Assembly: GCA_003971905.1 (NCBI GenBank)
Contig: RSEE01000002.1
Coordinates: forward strand, 496,001 to 560,000
DNA from: Moniliella sp. 'wahieum'
Taxonomy: Eukaryota
Direction of reading: 5' to 3'
Length of the DNA stretch: 64,000 nt
Of this stretch, positions 1-13,274 are shown in pieces (position 1 is the stretch's first letter; each line of letters opens with the position of its first letter). The notes beneath the pieces were generated by a model that saw only the letters and a program-made list of their open reading frames with translations, ran no database searches and had not been told where the DNA came from. Both the position numbers and the translations under genes were made by a program.

Positions 1-109
1 GGACCGGGAAGAGCGTGATACATGGGATGGAGAATTGGAGATAGGGGGGCGATTAGAGAACTTAGTGAACCAGTGACAATTACTGTTGTCTTCTTTGAAG
101 ATGTATGTT

Positions 110-555
110 CTATAGATGGATCTGAGTGTAGCGTAGTAAGTTTTTTCCCCTCTCCTCCCACCATTGAATCTCTTTAGCGTCAATCGAGAAAAACATGCGT
201 TGAACAACGTTGACGTTGCTATCAATTTCGTGGAAACAATGACCCCGGAGGGTCCTGATATCCTGACGATCCCTCTGGTCCCTTGACCTTAGTGGCGCTT
301 CCAAGTAACCCCCGCAAGATGAACGGTTCGATTTAGACGTAGCGTTCCCCCTGTCCCAGCCTTAAGCTCTGTCAATGATATGGATCCAAGAGGGGTATAA
401 TTGATGAAGCATGCGCATCCATCATAATCCGCGTTTATATCAGTGCCCCCTATGTCATATTCCGCGTCGAACAGAAACCACCCGAGTATACATTTCTCAC
501 AACTGTACTGTGAAAGGGTGGACAGCACCTGAGAACGTATGTGTAGATGTGCCAT
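110..555 (-). CDS. Hypothetical protein (two overlapping ORFs probably joined by a frameshift)
   Basis: ORFs 289..555 and 110..304 overlap on the minus strand and have ordinary globular composition. No recognisable motif. Confidence 0.2.
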
Positions 556-1443
556 CCATACATTTCTCTCTTCCCTCGGAGAGTTTGCCCTGCCTTAATA
601 CAAGAACACATCTGTTATGCCACCAATCCGGTCATAACATGCGCCTCTCTTGTAGTGAAAGCCTTGCTCGAAAAGCGTTTTGCTGGAGAGATCGTCCCTT
701 GCTTGCACCCCCCACAAGTCTCAGCCTAATCTCGGGACCCAGACCCGATTTACTTCTCATCATGCGTGGAGACCACTATATACGGCGGAGAAACGAAAGG
801 GAGCCGGTTTCCACGCCCGGCGCGGAAACGCAATGATCATGTGGCTTTAGTACCTCTCTGTGCAATGATGACGAAGAGAGCGAGCGCGCTGCTATACAAA
901 CGGCACAATTTGGCAAGCCGATTTGGCATAGCCTTGCCTCCATATCTTGTCCGCGAGACGCTTTGGCCATGTAATGTTTTTCTTAACCAGAAGAGAAGTG
1001 GTGACCGCCGGGCACCGCCTCTCTGCCGAGATAATATGCGCAGGTCGGCACGTCAGGTTACGCGTTTCGCGTTACGCGTTACGGGCTGTTGGATATTCAA
1101 AGCTGTTATCCACAGGTCACGGGGACGCTGACGGCTGACGTCACCACATCACCTGCTGCATCACCGGCATCACCGGCGGGGTAGCCGGTAGAGCTTAGAG
1201 AGTAATGGAACTCAGGCCCATCATGCATCATGCATCGTGCATTGTTACCCGGTGGGCACTCCAATCAAATTTCAAACGCAAATGTTTCAAAATGCCAAGC
1301 TTCGAGGTGGCGAGTTGGGCATTCGGAGTGCCACTTAACCGCTCACTGAGTTCTAGTCGATCGATCGAGAGGACTAACAGACTCAAGTTGGGGGAGCCCC
1401 AACGCTGGTCTCATGCAGACCTACCACCACCATCGCCATCGCC

Positions 1444-2363
1444 ATGAGGCTGCGCAAGTCGTATGGATCCCCAACCCCCCCACCAGATGATGTGAAGAAG
1501 CCTCCTCCTCTCCCCTTTGGGATGGTAGGTGGGCCCGGCAGTATTGGGCCCGAATTCCTCTCTCTCGATGAGGGCACTGTCGCTTTGGGATCGGCAGCTA
1601 CCGCCTTCTTGGAAAAGACGGAGGAGGAGGGGCATTGGTTCAACCCCTTGCGCATCCCTGAATCGGATGTTTGTCCTAGCGGATACGAGATCGGAGCCAT
1701 CATTCTCGAGCCTTTTGAGGGTGAAGTGCGCAAGTACGACCCCTCTACCAAGATATGGCAGCCCATTACCTCCCTGCGCCTCAGCTAGGCGTCTCGGACG
1801 ATAACCGTCTCATCCTCACGGGACCATACGTGTGGATGTACCTCCTTACTTCTGGTTATCTGGGCGATGAACTTGTGGCCCCCTTGAGCTCCCACCCTAC
1901 CCGGCCCAAGGAGGCAGTAGACGTGCTCCTCCTCCGCCCATTGCGGGACCCGGCAGTACGAGCGATTGCAGATAAAGAGGAAGCGCACCAATGGTTTAAC
2001 ACTCATCGTTTGCCTCTCATCCAGCGTGCAGTAAAGGAGGGGTCACATCTTACTTTGACATACCCCGTGGACGACCCGTTTGGTCCACTTGGGACAAGCA
2101 CCGGCGAGCTCGTGGTGGAGTATTATCGCGTGGGTTACGCTGCGGTTACATTGGTAGGTGTTCCCTCCACGAGGGGGACTGATACGCTGACATTCTTTCT
2201 AGGGATCACCGTGGGACATGTCCCCTGCCCAGAAGCACGATCGCCTGGTTGCGATATCCTCCAATGGTCGGACTCAGTTGAGCTGGACCGACTATGTTAC
2301 TGTCGAGCAGGGCTTTGTCAAGGACTCCTAGTTAGATGGACCTTTCGACTGACCGATCGGTAA
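1444..2363 (+). CDS. Hypothetical intronless protein (~300 aa, one frameshift near 1775)
   Basis: The ATG sits in a GCCATG context. ORFs 1444..1788 and 1755..2363 overlap and both read as globular protein. No family recognised. Confidence 0.35.
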
Positions 2364-4797
2364 AATGTTCGATGAAATGTTTGCGTATAGACGAGTATTT
2401 AGCTCCCGCAATACATGATGGCAGGTCTTCGACAGAGGGCATCAGAAGCAAACCATCTGATGAGACCTCGAGTCCTGACGGTCCTCGAGGGTGTTGCAAT
2501 CGCACTGGCGGTGGTGGTCTAGTAAGCCAACCAGCAACGCCTACAGAGGAACATCAAGAAGCGAATCGCCACCAGGGCTAAGCTGCGGAACAAGGAAAAG
2601 CAAGAGAGAGAGACAACGGAACTCCTAGACCTGAGGAGGAACTGAAGGGACGTTGGCCAAAGCACGAGCCACCCGATGGCTCAACACGTCTGATGTTGGT
2701 CATTCACCATCATGCATCACTTCTAGCGGCGAGAAGATCGACCTAGCACATAACAGCTGTGGATGTGTTCAATCCACAAGGTTATGCGGCTTACAGAGAT
2801 GCCCGGAGCTGTTAGTATACAAACAGCACTGACGCTCATTGTGAATAACTCTGCTGGACTCCATTCTCACTTACATCTCGCCATGTGCACATTTCTTGCT
2901 ATACACACAAGCACGTGGTAGTCCCTTCTGTTGCGTCCTGTTTTGAAGGCTGCCTGAAAGAGGACCAAAACGAGACACTTCGTCCACCGTGCTCACTCTG
3001 AAGTCTTGGCGCTCATGCCAGGAGGGTCATGCACTCACACATTCATGCAGTTCATGCCCCGCAATCAGTAGACCAAAGGGGTCGCAAGATAACGAAAAGT
3101 TACCTATTCTGGAAATTTCCTACATTGCTTTCCGGTGCTTTGGAGGCGGAGAGATAGTGAGCACCAGGGATTTCCTGCACGCCGTAGTTGTGACTAGTAG
3201 GTGACATTCTGGTCCTTCGATCTGTTACGCTGTGTGCGGTGGATGACGTGACATGTGACATGCTATACAACAGCCGGACTCAAAAGGCGGGCAGCACTAG
3301 GGCAGCAGTCCTTTGGGGTTCAACGCGTGTTCAACCTTGTTCAACCGCTGTTTAAACCTTTTACCAGTCCCTGAAAAGCGGAGAGGCCCGAGGAGTAGTA
3401 TCCTTCATTCAGTCTCGTAGAGGCTTTTGTTTTACTCAAAAGTAGTAGTATACTAGCTGTCCCTTTCTTCTAGTATTCTCCACTTCTCCGCATGTTCCGC
3501 TTCCTCTGCTGCTCTGTTCTCCCTGAGGCCTGAGGCCTGAGGCCTGAGGCACAATCGAAGAAGACCGTACGAAAGGGACTTGAGAGTTGCATATAGATCT
3601 ATGGGGACATGCTCCGTTAGACGCAACGGAACGCCTAGCTTTGTTGACAACAACGTTCAGACCAGTCAGCCCCATCCACAGTCTTTTGACGTAGACCTAA
3701 CCTAGGCAAGGGGGAGACAAGTGGAGAGGTAAGTTCGACTAGGATCGGACGGGCTGGGCCACCCGCCGTCGCTCGTGACGACACCCTCGGTGATGATGAA
3801 AAGCTTGAAGCTCTTGAGGCCAATCCAAGTGGTGGATTCGTGGCCTGCCTTGGTATAAAATCGGATGCATGTGGTGAATGGTGAAACGCGAACTAATCCA
3901 AGCAATTCGGGCGACGATCATCTATACGATGAGTCAGTACATCTTTTAGTTGGCCTGGTAAAACTGCTGTGCTTCAGAACAAACCACAGAGGGCACTGTG
4001 ATGAACAACAGAATTAGGCATGTCGCGGCTATAATCCCGTGTTCCTATGAGAGACAACCATAGACTTAGGGCCAACCTATGCTTGATTTCGTGCCTGCGG
4101 CTCCTGCAGTGAAATCTGTCGGGAATAGAGATATGAAACGTGTGGGGTGGAAAAGTCACTTACTGCTACTACCAGATGTCTAGTCCTGTAAAGTTTGTGA
4201 GCCATGTGGATGTTTTTGACGCCTTTTGTGCGCCGCAAAGCGTAAAGCTCGAAGCTGGAACACTGAGCCACGCCTTGTCCCAAGGCGGGGCAGGACAGGG
4301 CGCTGTGGCTGGGGCAGGGCGGGGTGGTCGCTATGTGATGGCAGAGGTGACTGTGATGTGACAGGTGGATCCTACATAGCCAGGCTGGCGGAGTTAACCT
4401 GTGCGCTGGGCAGGACATGGATGAAAGTGATAGTGATTACAAAATGGCTGGCACTGTCCCCGCGACGGACCCTTCCGACGGGTGCCGTTGTCCCACCACT
4501 CTGCCCTCCCACGCACGCGGCCAGTGTGCCCAGCTGCCCCGCCCACGTCTGGCCGAGGGTGGCAGAAGGCCAGTCTGGCCGATGCTCAATTTTGAGGCAG
4601 TCAGTCTGCCGTGCCTCAGCGCCTCAGCACTCAGCCAGAGCTGCAAACGTTGCAGCTGAGCCCCCATTCGGGGCAGTTGGCTACAAGTTCCATGTGCAGA
4701 GGCGCAGACTCCTTATGAACCACCTATTTCCACAGCCTTTTCGATTCCTCTTCCTCCCCGCCACCTCTCCCCACGCTTCTCATCGTCGTTTCTCCTG

Positions 4798-6704
4798 ATG
4801 GGTGTCGCACTGCGCCTCGATGAGTCTTCCTATGGCTCATCCTACAACTCTTTCGAGCACTTCGGGCCTGCCTATGGCCTTGCTTCGCCTACCTTGCTCC
4901 CAGCATGCGAACCGTACTGGGAAAAGTACAGCCGTTCTCACTTTGATGGCAGCCGTACGGTTTCCAATCGCAACATGGGATCCACGAGAGGATGTCGAAG
5001 AAATCCTGAGATGGCTCACCCGCTATCAGTTACGGCCTCCAATTATTATGATACCGCGCCTGTCAGGAGGGGGAGTCATCAGCCCATCCATTCCGTGACG
5101 CCCCTTCCCCCTGGATCGATGCGCTTACTAGGGCGACCTGCCGTTTCGCACTCCAGGGACCCTTCTCCTCCCCCCCAACGAGATGCGTCTTACAGCCCTG
5201 ATGCCCTTGCAGGTATGCGGACGTCGCGCAACCTCCGTCCTATTGAGAACAGAAGAATCACCACCTCCGATAACAGGGATGCCTTAGGCGAAGCGGGAGA
5301 GTCAAAAGACTCCTTACTGTTGCCGTATTCGGGAGGGGCCTCCTATCGCGGTCGGCGCGACCGTCCCCTCTCAGCGCCTGAAGAAGAAGCCCACGTTGGC
5401 CAACCCATCGTTTCACGACAACGGACTCCACAGTCTACAAGTCCACGGTCTGCAAGCCCGTCACGAAAAAACAGTCCAACAAAGTCGAGCCTACGGCTAC
5501 CAAATCAACTAAACTACGACACCCCGATTCATCATGCGCCCGGCCAGATTCCTCGCAAAGTGTCTTTTTCCCCTGTTGTTTTGGAAAGAACGGAAGCTTG
5601 GGAGACCGCTGCCCAAATCCACTCCTTGCGGCACCTCAATCCACCGGAAAGAGTGCCTACGCACCCGCCGTTGCTTGTTGAGAACACAAAAAAGAAGAAC
5701 CATCTACCATTAGCCAACAAGGGCTATGCACCCAAATGCAAGTCTATCTCTCCTTCGCCTGGGTCAGTGGTGTCGGATTGCCCAACACGTCCTCGCACGA
5801 GCCGCTCAAAAAGTTTATTCAAACTCCTCAAGATGCGCAGTATGTCCTTATCCTGAACACTGTTTGATGAATCTGAAATGCTGACGAAGATGCTTGCCCA
5901 TGTGATCTGCCCAATCCCATCCTTGCCAACAAAGCCAACGTAATGGAGTTTTCCTTGCCGGACACGGTGCCTGTCGAGAAGGACTACAGGGAAAATTGCA
6001 CGTGTCAGCCCGGCACAATCACCCGCGAGAAACTTGATCCTGCTATCTCGGCGATCGTCATGGATCCCCAAGGAGGTCGGGACAATTCGTCTGTCTCCCT
6101 TGCATCCACCCCGACACGCTTCCCCAGTGAGGAGGAAGAACGTTATACTGTTAAATACGCTTCGAGCACCAACGTCTCTGCCCTGGATGGCATGCCCTCC
6201 CGCAAGCGAGAGTTTCTTGTCGTTCCGGGGAAGGTCTCAATCCGTGACTTCGACTCTATGCAAGGCAGACGGCAGTCTGGCGACTCCCGCTGCAGCGATG
6301 GCAAGCTGACGTGCCGTACTCCAACCTCTATTATGTGGGTCGATGAGCTGGCTGAGCCCAAGACCGATGCCGGCAGACAAGTTTTCCACTCCGCGGCACC
6401 GCTTAGTGGCTTTCAACGTGGTCGGGGATTTCCCCCCTATGCCAATAGGTGCGCCGCATCAAGTGAAGAGCACCTCGCCCCACGGTCGTGCGATGGTGGA
6501 TCACTTCGTTCTTACGATGGCCAACGTTTGCCTCGTCGTGTTATTCGACCTGGTACCAGTTGCGGGGCTTACGCCGACCCAAGGGTACGGCTGGAACAGG
6601 AAACTCGGCCTTCTGCACACCCTAGGACGTTTAGGAGTAACAAGTTTGTAAAGGCATCAAGGGTCAGGAGCGCTACTGCATCCGGTCGCATTCCACAACA
6701 TTAA
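4798..6704 (+). CDS. Ser/Pro/Arg-rich, probably disordered hypothetical protein
   Basis: The 352-aa and 253-aa ORFs are separated by a canonical intron (GTATGT at ~5840, GCTGAC branch site, AAG at ~5890). The 3' end is uncertain. Confidence 0.5.
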
Positions 6705-7395
6705 GGGCCCTCTGTTCGGCTCATCAGTGATTTTTCCAGCTCCACAAGAGAGGCTGCTACGTTCTCTGTGGTCAACGCAACTCATATCAACTAAAGTTCT
6801 CACGTGCCGCACTTGTTTTTAACTACCAGACTATCATTCTTTTTTGTGCTGTTAAATGCTATAGCTCTGATTCTGATCTCCGGTCATTGGCTCTTGCCAC
6901 GAAGAGTACGATCGAATCCCCCCTCCTCCCCCACAGTATGGAAGAGAAGAGGAAGTTTGTCGTATGTAATGAGCGCACACACAGCTCCTCGGAACTCATC
7001 AACGGTGGTTCCTTCTCTTTTGCAGAGTTGGAAATGATCGATGACACGGCGTGATGATGTCGATGATGCGGAGAGAACATGATCTTGAGCGTCTCCGGAT
7101 ATATAACGCCCGAGCTGTTATAGGCTGTACGGTTGCCCCTGGGGCGACTATCGGTTACGTACCCTCTCCCAGGGCAGGGTGTGAGCTAGGGCGCCTAAGG
7201 CCTAACGGCCTAACACAGGACGGCGCGGGGCCCCGCGTGCGGAACCAGAGGGTGCGCCGAGGTAAGGGCCTGGGCGGAATTACCACCCAGCACAGGGGCA
7301 GTGCCACAGCGTTGGGCGATTGGAGCGCATGCCCACTCTCGCATCCCCCAGTCACACATGCCACACCCGGGCCTTGCATTTGCCCCACCATCGCC

Positions 7396-9299
7396 ATGAC
7401 GCCCTCCAAGGCGCGACCCAGGAAGCGCAAAGGCGAGGCCAAGCGCCGCAAGGTGTCGCTGGCATGTGTGTACTGCCGCCGATCCCATATGACATGCGAC
7501 TCGGACCGCCCCTGCCAGCGTTGCGTTCGGCGCGGCATTGGTCATCTTTGCCATGACGAACCCGTCTCCTCTTCCGAGCCCCTTGCACCTGCTCCCCTTA
7601 CCGACCAGCCATCGCCTTCATCTGCCCCCGCTCCCGTTCCCTCCGACCCGCCTGCCACTGCTCCGCCCCCACCTGCTGTCCCTCCAGCCGCACCAGGATG
7701 GGGTGTTCTCCCAGCCATGGGCTTTCCTCCGCCCGCCCATTGGCCACCTGTCCCTCCCGGACCTCCCTCCGCCCCTTCATCTGACAGGAACTGGCCCTAT
7801 CCTCCCACAGGCATGCCACAGATACCAGCCCCACCACGCAATCCATCTTGGTTTGATCTTGCTTCTGGTCAACAGCAATGGAATGGCACCCTGCCCGAGA
7901 CGAACACCAACGCGAACGAGTACCAGATGCTCAGGTATGTCAGTCCCCCTCAGTGTCCTCCTGAACCACTAACACAGTAGGCAGCGAGTTTCTCGAAAGT
8001 CTCAACAACGCGATGGGGTACCAAGCTTATGCGCAGCCCCCGAGCCAGAACGCACATGACCAGCGCGGTATGTCGCTCGGGGCCGGCTCGGCGTTGGATA
8101 ATCCCGCCCCAGGCCAGACAAGGATCTTCCCCCCACATCGGGCTGCGTCATCTAGTGAACTTCATCGCACTAGAGGAGCTAATAAAGGGAAACGGGCCTC
8201 AGCGCCTGCGGCGCCGGATAAGGGCGATGGACCTCCTCACCTTCCGTGGACCAACAAGACCGAACAGTTTATCATGACAGCCGCAGACCAACATGACGGT
8301 TCTCGGGAGTCCCGGTTAGGCAGGGTGATTCGGGCCAAGCATGATGCCGGGCTTCTCAAACCGTACAACCACATCAAGGGATATGCTCGTCTGCTCAAGT
8401 GGATGGATTTCAATGTCAGTGCCGATTCGCGGCGACGGATTCTGCAGCCTCTCTCCGTATTCCGGCCAGCTTTCCGCGCCGTTGCTCAGCGCCTGACCGA
8501 CATTGACCTCATCTACATTGAGGAGGCCTTTGAACGTCTTCTTCTCGATTACGATCGCGTATTTGCATCTCAGGGCATCCCGGCATGTCTTTGGCGTCGC
8601 ACGGGGGAAATCTACAAAGCCAATAAGGAATTTGCGGAGCTGATTGGTGTATCCATCGATGCGCTCCGAGAAGGCAGACTTTGTATCTACGAGCTCATGG
8701 CTGAAGGTACGTCCGTCTGTTAGGTTGATTCACGCTGAACGTTGAACGTTGAACTCTAACTCGATGACAGAGAGTGCGGTTAACTATTGGGAACGATATG
8801 GCGCTGTCTCGTTTGATCCCGGGCAAAAAGCCGTGCTAACAACGTGTGTGCTCAAGGTGCGTCGACTGCCCCGCCAACGCTCTTCCGTTCCGGTAGCACG
8901 CCAGATTGCTGCACAATTGCCCATCTCCTCTCAAGCCCCCTCTGCCCCACCAGCGCCCCAGGCGGCATCCAAATCATCATCTCCCAAACAAAATCCGGGA
9001 TCCCGAAAGCGGCGGAGATCATCGGTTTATTCAGCTAGCGCCGGCTTGGGCCCGTGGAAGATGACCCCCAAAGAAGAGGAGAGGGCGATCAGCCCTGCCT
9101 CGGGCCCAGCAGCTTCGGGCCCATCAACTGCCCATCAGGCCCTTGGGTCCCCGCCGCATCGGGTGCCCCCGCCCCCCCACGCCGAACCGCGGAGGGCTTG
9201 TTTGAGCTCAAATGTTGTTTCTCCTTTACCATCCGACGGGACCAGTGGAATATCCCCACTATGGTCGTTGGCAACTTTTTACCCTTTGACCCGGCTTGA
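7396..9299 (+). CDS. RDS2: Zn(II)2Cys6 transcription factor with C-terminal PAS domain, RDS2/AcuM (gluconeogenesis regulator) family
   Basis: Zinc cluster ACVYCRRSHMTCDSDRPCQRCVRRGIGHLCHDE. Family motifs GLLKPYNHIKGYARL, EEAFERLLLDYDRVF, PACLWRRTGEIY and CCFSFTIRRD..IP..VVGNFLP. Introns at 7935-7984 and 8707-8770, plus a frameshift in the last exon. Confidence 0.88.
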
Positions 9300-11113
9300 A
9301 GCTTGCAACTTGAACCTTGCTTTCATGCCTATGACCATATGACCCACTATGTTATCCAGCTCACACCGATGGGTTTTACCAGCGGGAATCCTCCCGACAG
9401 CGAATGAGTGGGTGGGAGTGGGCGAGAGAACAGTGTCTAGATGGGAGAACATCACGTGGATCATGCAGTCATGGTGGTGGCGGGAAGCAGATTGTTCGGC
9501 GCGTGAAGGTTGAGGCCCGAGGCCTGAGATCAGGGTTGACGTTGAGGTGCTTGAGGTCAACTTGATCCCTCAGCGCCTCAGCCTGAGGAGGAGGGATTCG
9601 GAGGCTGGGTGCCGGGGGTTGGGGGAGGCGAGCAGGAAGGGTTCAGAGTCGGGGAATGGGTCGGGTGGAGCAGGCCCAGGACCAACGTTGAAAATTGGAA
9701 AGCTGAAAGATCACATGTGACATGTGACACGTGGCATGCGATGCATGTGACATGGCAGGTAACGTGCATGCAGCGCGTGGCAGATGGCACGTGTCAATGT
9801 GACATGCGGCATGTGACATGGGTGACACAAATGCATGATGCATGATGCATGATGCGTGATGCATGCTATGTGCCCCCCTGCCCCTTGCAGAGCCGGACGC
9901 GCCATCGATCACCGATCACAGATCACGGGTCATATCCAGCGTAGACCATGGCGTCATAGCGTGCTTTCAGCATGCCCCAAAGGGCTAGCTTCAAGCCACG
10001 CGGGCCACTTCTCTGTTCTTGAATGTGGATTTGGGTCCCGCCTCAAAAAAGGATGTAGCAACTTGCGAAGACACGGGGAATGATTGAATGACATGAAGGA
10101 CATGGACAGAAGGCTTCGCCCACCACGCTGTCCTAGCTTGCTACAGTTACTGGTTACTCGTATGGTTGCTAGCCGCTAAGTATAACGTTGGAAAGAAAAA
10201 GAGGGTAGAGAGATCCAAAATTCAATTGCGGTATATATGCCGTGTCACACATTTATATCAGGTCCCTGGGCCTGTTGTGATCGACACGGGCCCAAATTTG
10301 ATGCGACAGCCAAACAGCAATGCAAAGCTGTACTAGTGCTAAAGCCGCACAGGTTATACAAGGCTGCACGACAAGCAACGCGCCGACCACGTTATGGGGG
10401 AAGCATGTACAAAAGCGCTCTTTGATGCCGACTCTTCGGGATACTTTCTATTGTGGCAGCGCAAAGTAGCCCGTTTGCAACAGAGGTGTGAACGGGAGCT
10501 GTCACTGGACTATCTTACGCGTTGCGCGCTACGCGTTATGCGATATGGGGTCCCAGGGCTTCAAGCTTCAGCAGCTTCAGCTTATAACGCGCTGCTGTAC
10601 TAACGGGGTGCGCCTAATCCACAGACTCTGACATGTGTTTTGGTGGCGAAGAGAGGATTCGGATTTTGACTGACTAGTACCGGTGATCTGTGGCCCGACT
10701 GATGTTTTCGCCAGTAGCCTAATAGTACTGTGACTATACAGCGCGGCAACTGTGTGCCAGCCGGGCCTGGACGGCTACTGCATCAGCACCAGGCCACTTC
10801 ATTCGAGCCCGAGGGCCCAAGCGCTCACCCCGGGCCTGGTCCCTCAGTGCTTATGACCGAGGCACACGGGCCGGGACACGAGTCCTAGAGTCTCAACTAT
10901 CATAAGGATGGACCGGACCGGGCATGGGATCTGAGAGCCTTTTGCGGTTGTTTGCAGTGTGCCTGTAGTAGCCACATCTTCTCCACCATTGCTTGTGCCA
11001 CCACCTGTTCTCCCTGAACCTTGGTGCCTACCCATTGACCACAGAAAGGGATCGGGGCTGGGTGTGTTGTTACTCTCCCTCTACCTATACCAATGCTCCC
11101 GCGCAGTACCGCC

Positions 11114-12885
11114 ATGGCTAAAATCCCAACTGAGGGGTCGGCTCATCCAAGCCCGCCTAGCAGCATCACGGAAACTGCCAACACACTCCTCAGTTCGCCT
11201 CAGCCCCACAACATGAACCACTCCTTAGACAACAAGACCGGCGAAAAACTTCCTCTGGATACCGATTCAGATGAGCAAGCTCCGAGTGGAAGATCCGACG
11301 TGTATGAATATGCCAAGGCGTGTGACAAGCAGGGTGGAGAGGTTGATCCCAATATCGAAAAGCGGGGGGTTTATTCAAGCTGGATTGGCTCTTTATGATC
11401 CCACTCATGTCCTTGGTCACCTTTGTCCAGGTTCTTGGCACGGTGAGAAAATCTGTGTGGCGCCCACTTTACCTACGGGAACGTTTCTGACCCTTTTCTG
11501 TTTTCTTACACCTTCTACAGCAAGCTACGGCCATCATGCAATTGGTGGGCTTGCGCGACGATCTCCACATGAGTATGGCCACTTACACTTGGCTTGGAAG
11601 TGCCATGTACTTTGGCATGCTAATCGGCGGCCCGTTCCACTCAATTATGTTCCTCAGGGTGCCAATCGGGATACCTTGGCGTATGTGTGATCCTTTGGGG
11701 AATGCTCTTAATGCTTCACGCCGCGTGTTTTGAGAAGGCCGGTTTGATCGTGTGCACACTTTCTTTGGTTTCGCCCAAAGTAGCGTTGGACCAGGCTATG
11801 CCATCCTCCTGGCTCGCTTTTACCCTGGACGCGAGCTTTCTACCGCTCCGCCATCATCATTGGCGGTGTGGCCGGGTTGACCCAGTTCATCTCTTCGGGT
11901 ATGCTTTATGGTTTGGTGGTGCGGTACTTTGGTCACGAAGGCGGTTTGACTACATGGAGAATTATGCCCATCGCGATTGGAGCTGTGACGATTATGATCG
12001 GTCTCTTTACCACATTCGTTTACCCAACTCACCTTCCGAGTTTCGTTTCTTCAGCGAGGAGGAACGATATGTGGCCGTGTCGCGTATGCTCGTGTCACAA
12101 CAGAAAGGGGAACACTCTCATACGTGGCAGTGGTACCAGTTCCGAGAATCGTTTCGCGACTTTCGCCTGTATCCACTCATGGTTATTGGCTTTTGTCTCG
12201 GCGTTGCAGATGCAGGGGTGCAGGTATGCTCAACCATCATTCTCCATCTAGGTATGGGCTGGAGTCCACGGATGACTGCATTGCTCTTTATGCCTGTTGG
12301 GGGATCGCTTCTTGTGTGTCTCTTCACCTCGATGCTCCTGGTGTATACGACGAAAAAGACGTCGATTGCCGGGGTGTGGGCACAACTCTTTTCGGTTTTG
12401 GGGGGATGCTTGCTCTTTGGGGAGCCGGCTCCAGAAGGCCGGAATGGACGGGTTGCTGGGTACTGCTTGATTCCGTGGTACTCCATGACGATCACACTTG
12501 TTTCTACTCTGTTTGGCAATGCGGTGAGCGGAGACACGAAACGCATCACCTTCAACATTGTTTACAGTTTTTGCGTCGCCGCCGGCAGTATCTGTGGGCC
12601 ACAAATGTTCCGTCAACAGAACACACCCCAGTACACCCCCTCACGAGCCTGTGTCTTTGGTAGCTTGATTGCGACGTTTTCTTGCCTACGTTAGCATTTA
12701 CATCTACGTGCCCCCTCTCCAGTTTTTGATATTGATTTGACTTACTAACTCTTCCCACAGCACATTTTGGAGAACCGAAGGAGAAATCACAAGTACGGAA
12801 AACCTCCGAAGCAATGTTGCGCCGTCGCTTCCCTGTCGGACGAGACCGATAAGAGAAAGAGTCCTGGTTCCGGTACCCCATGTGA
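11114..12885 (+). CDS. MFS transporter, anion:cation symporter / Dal5 (allantoate permease-like) family
   Basis: Multiple TM helices and motifs GL..DL.M...Y.WLGS..YFG, LPNSPSEFRFFSEEER, NAVSGDTKR, GSICGPQMF, WENRRR and D.TDK...FRY. Introns near 11433-11520 and 12689-12760, with several frameshifts. Confidence 0.85.
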
Positions 12886-13274
12886 GGTGTATGCACACTG
12901 CCCTCTCCTCAAAGTCGGACGTCCAACAGCAATATGCCGGTCTTTGTATTTCTCTTGTCTCTATAACTATTCATTCATCAACCTCATGTTCCTTCCCTTG
13001 GATGTCAACCGCCATAGCCGAATCTGGAGCAGCAGAAGTGGCCTGAACGCCTGAAACGCGGAGCAATTTTGTTTAGTTCAGTCGACGGGGAAAAGCTACT
13101 GAAATATGAAATCTGGCCGGAACCAGTGGGGGTGGGGCCGGGGTGTCGAGCGGGCCGGCGCAACCGATAACCCGGTCCAGCCGAGCTCAGTTGCCCGTTC
13201 CAGCTACCCAATCCACCTGCCGGCCTCCACCACCCAGCCCGTGCCCCTCGCCCAACGCAGCAGACGACGAGAGC

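Noticed and set aside
3600..4400. Possible C/D snoRNA (TGATGA at ~3791) or small gene
   Set aside because: No convincing D box, terminal stem or rRNA guide, and the ORFs are short and lack motifs.
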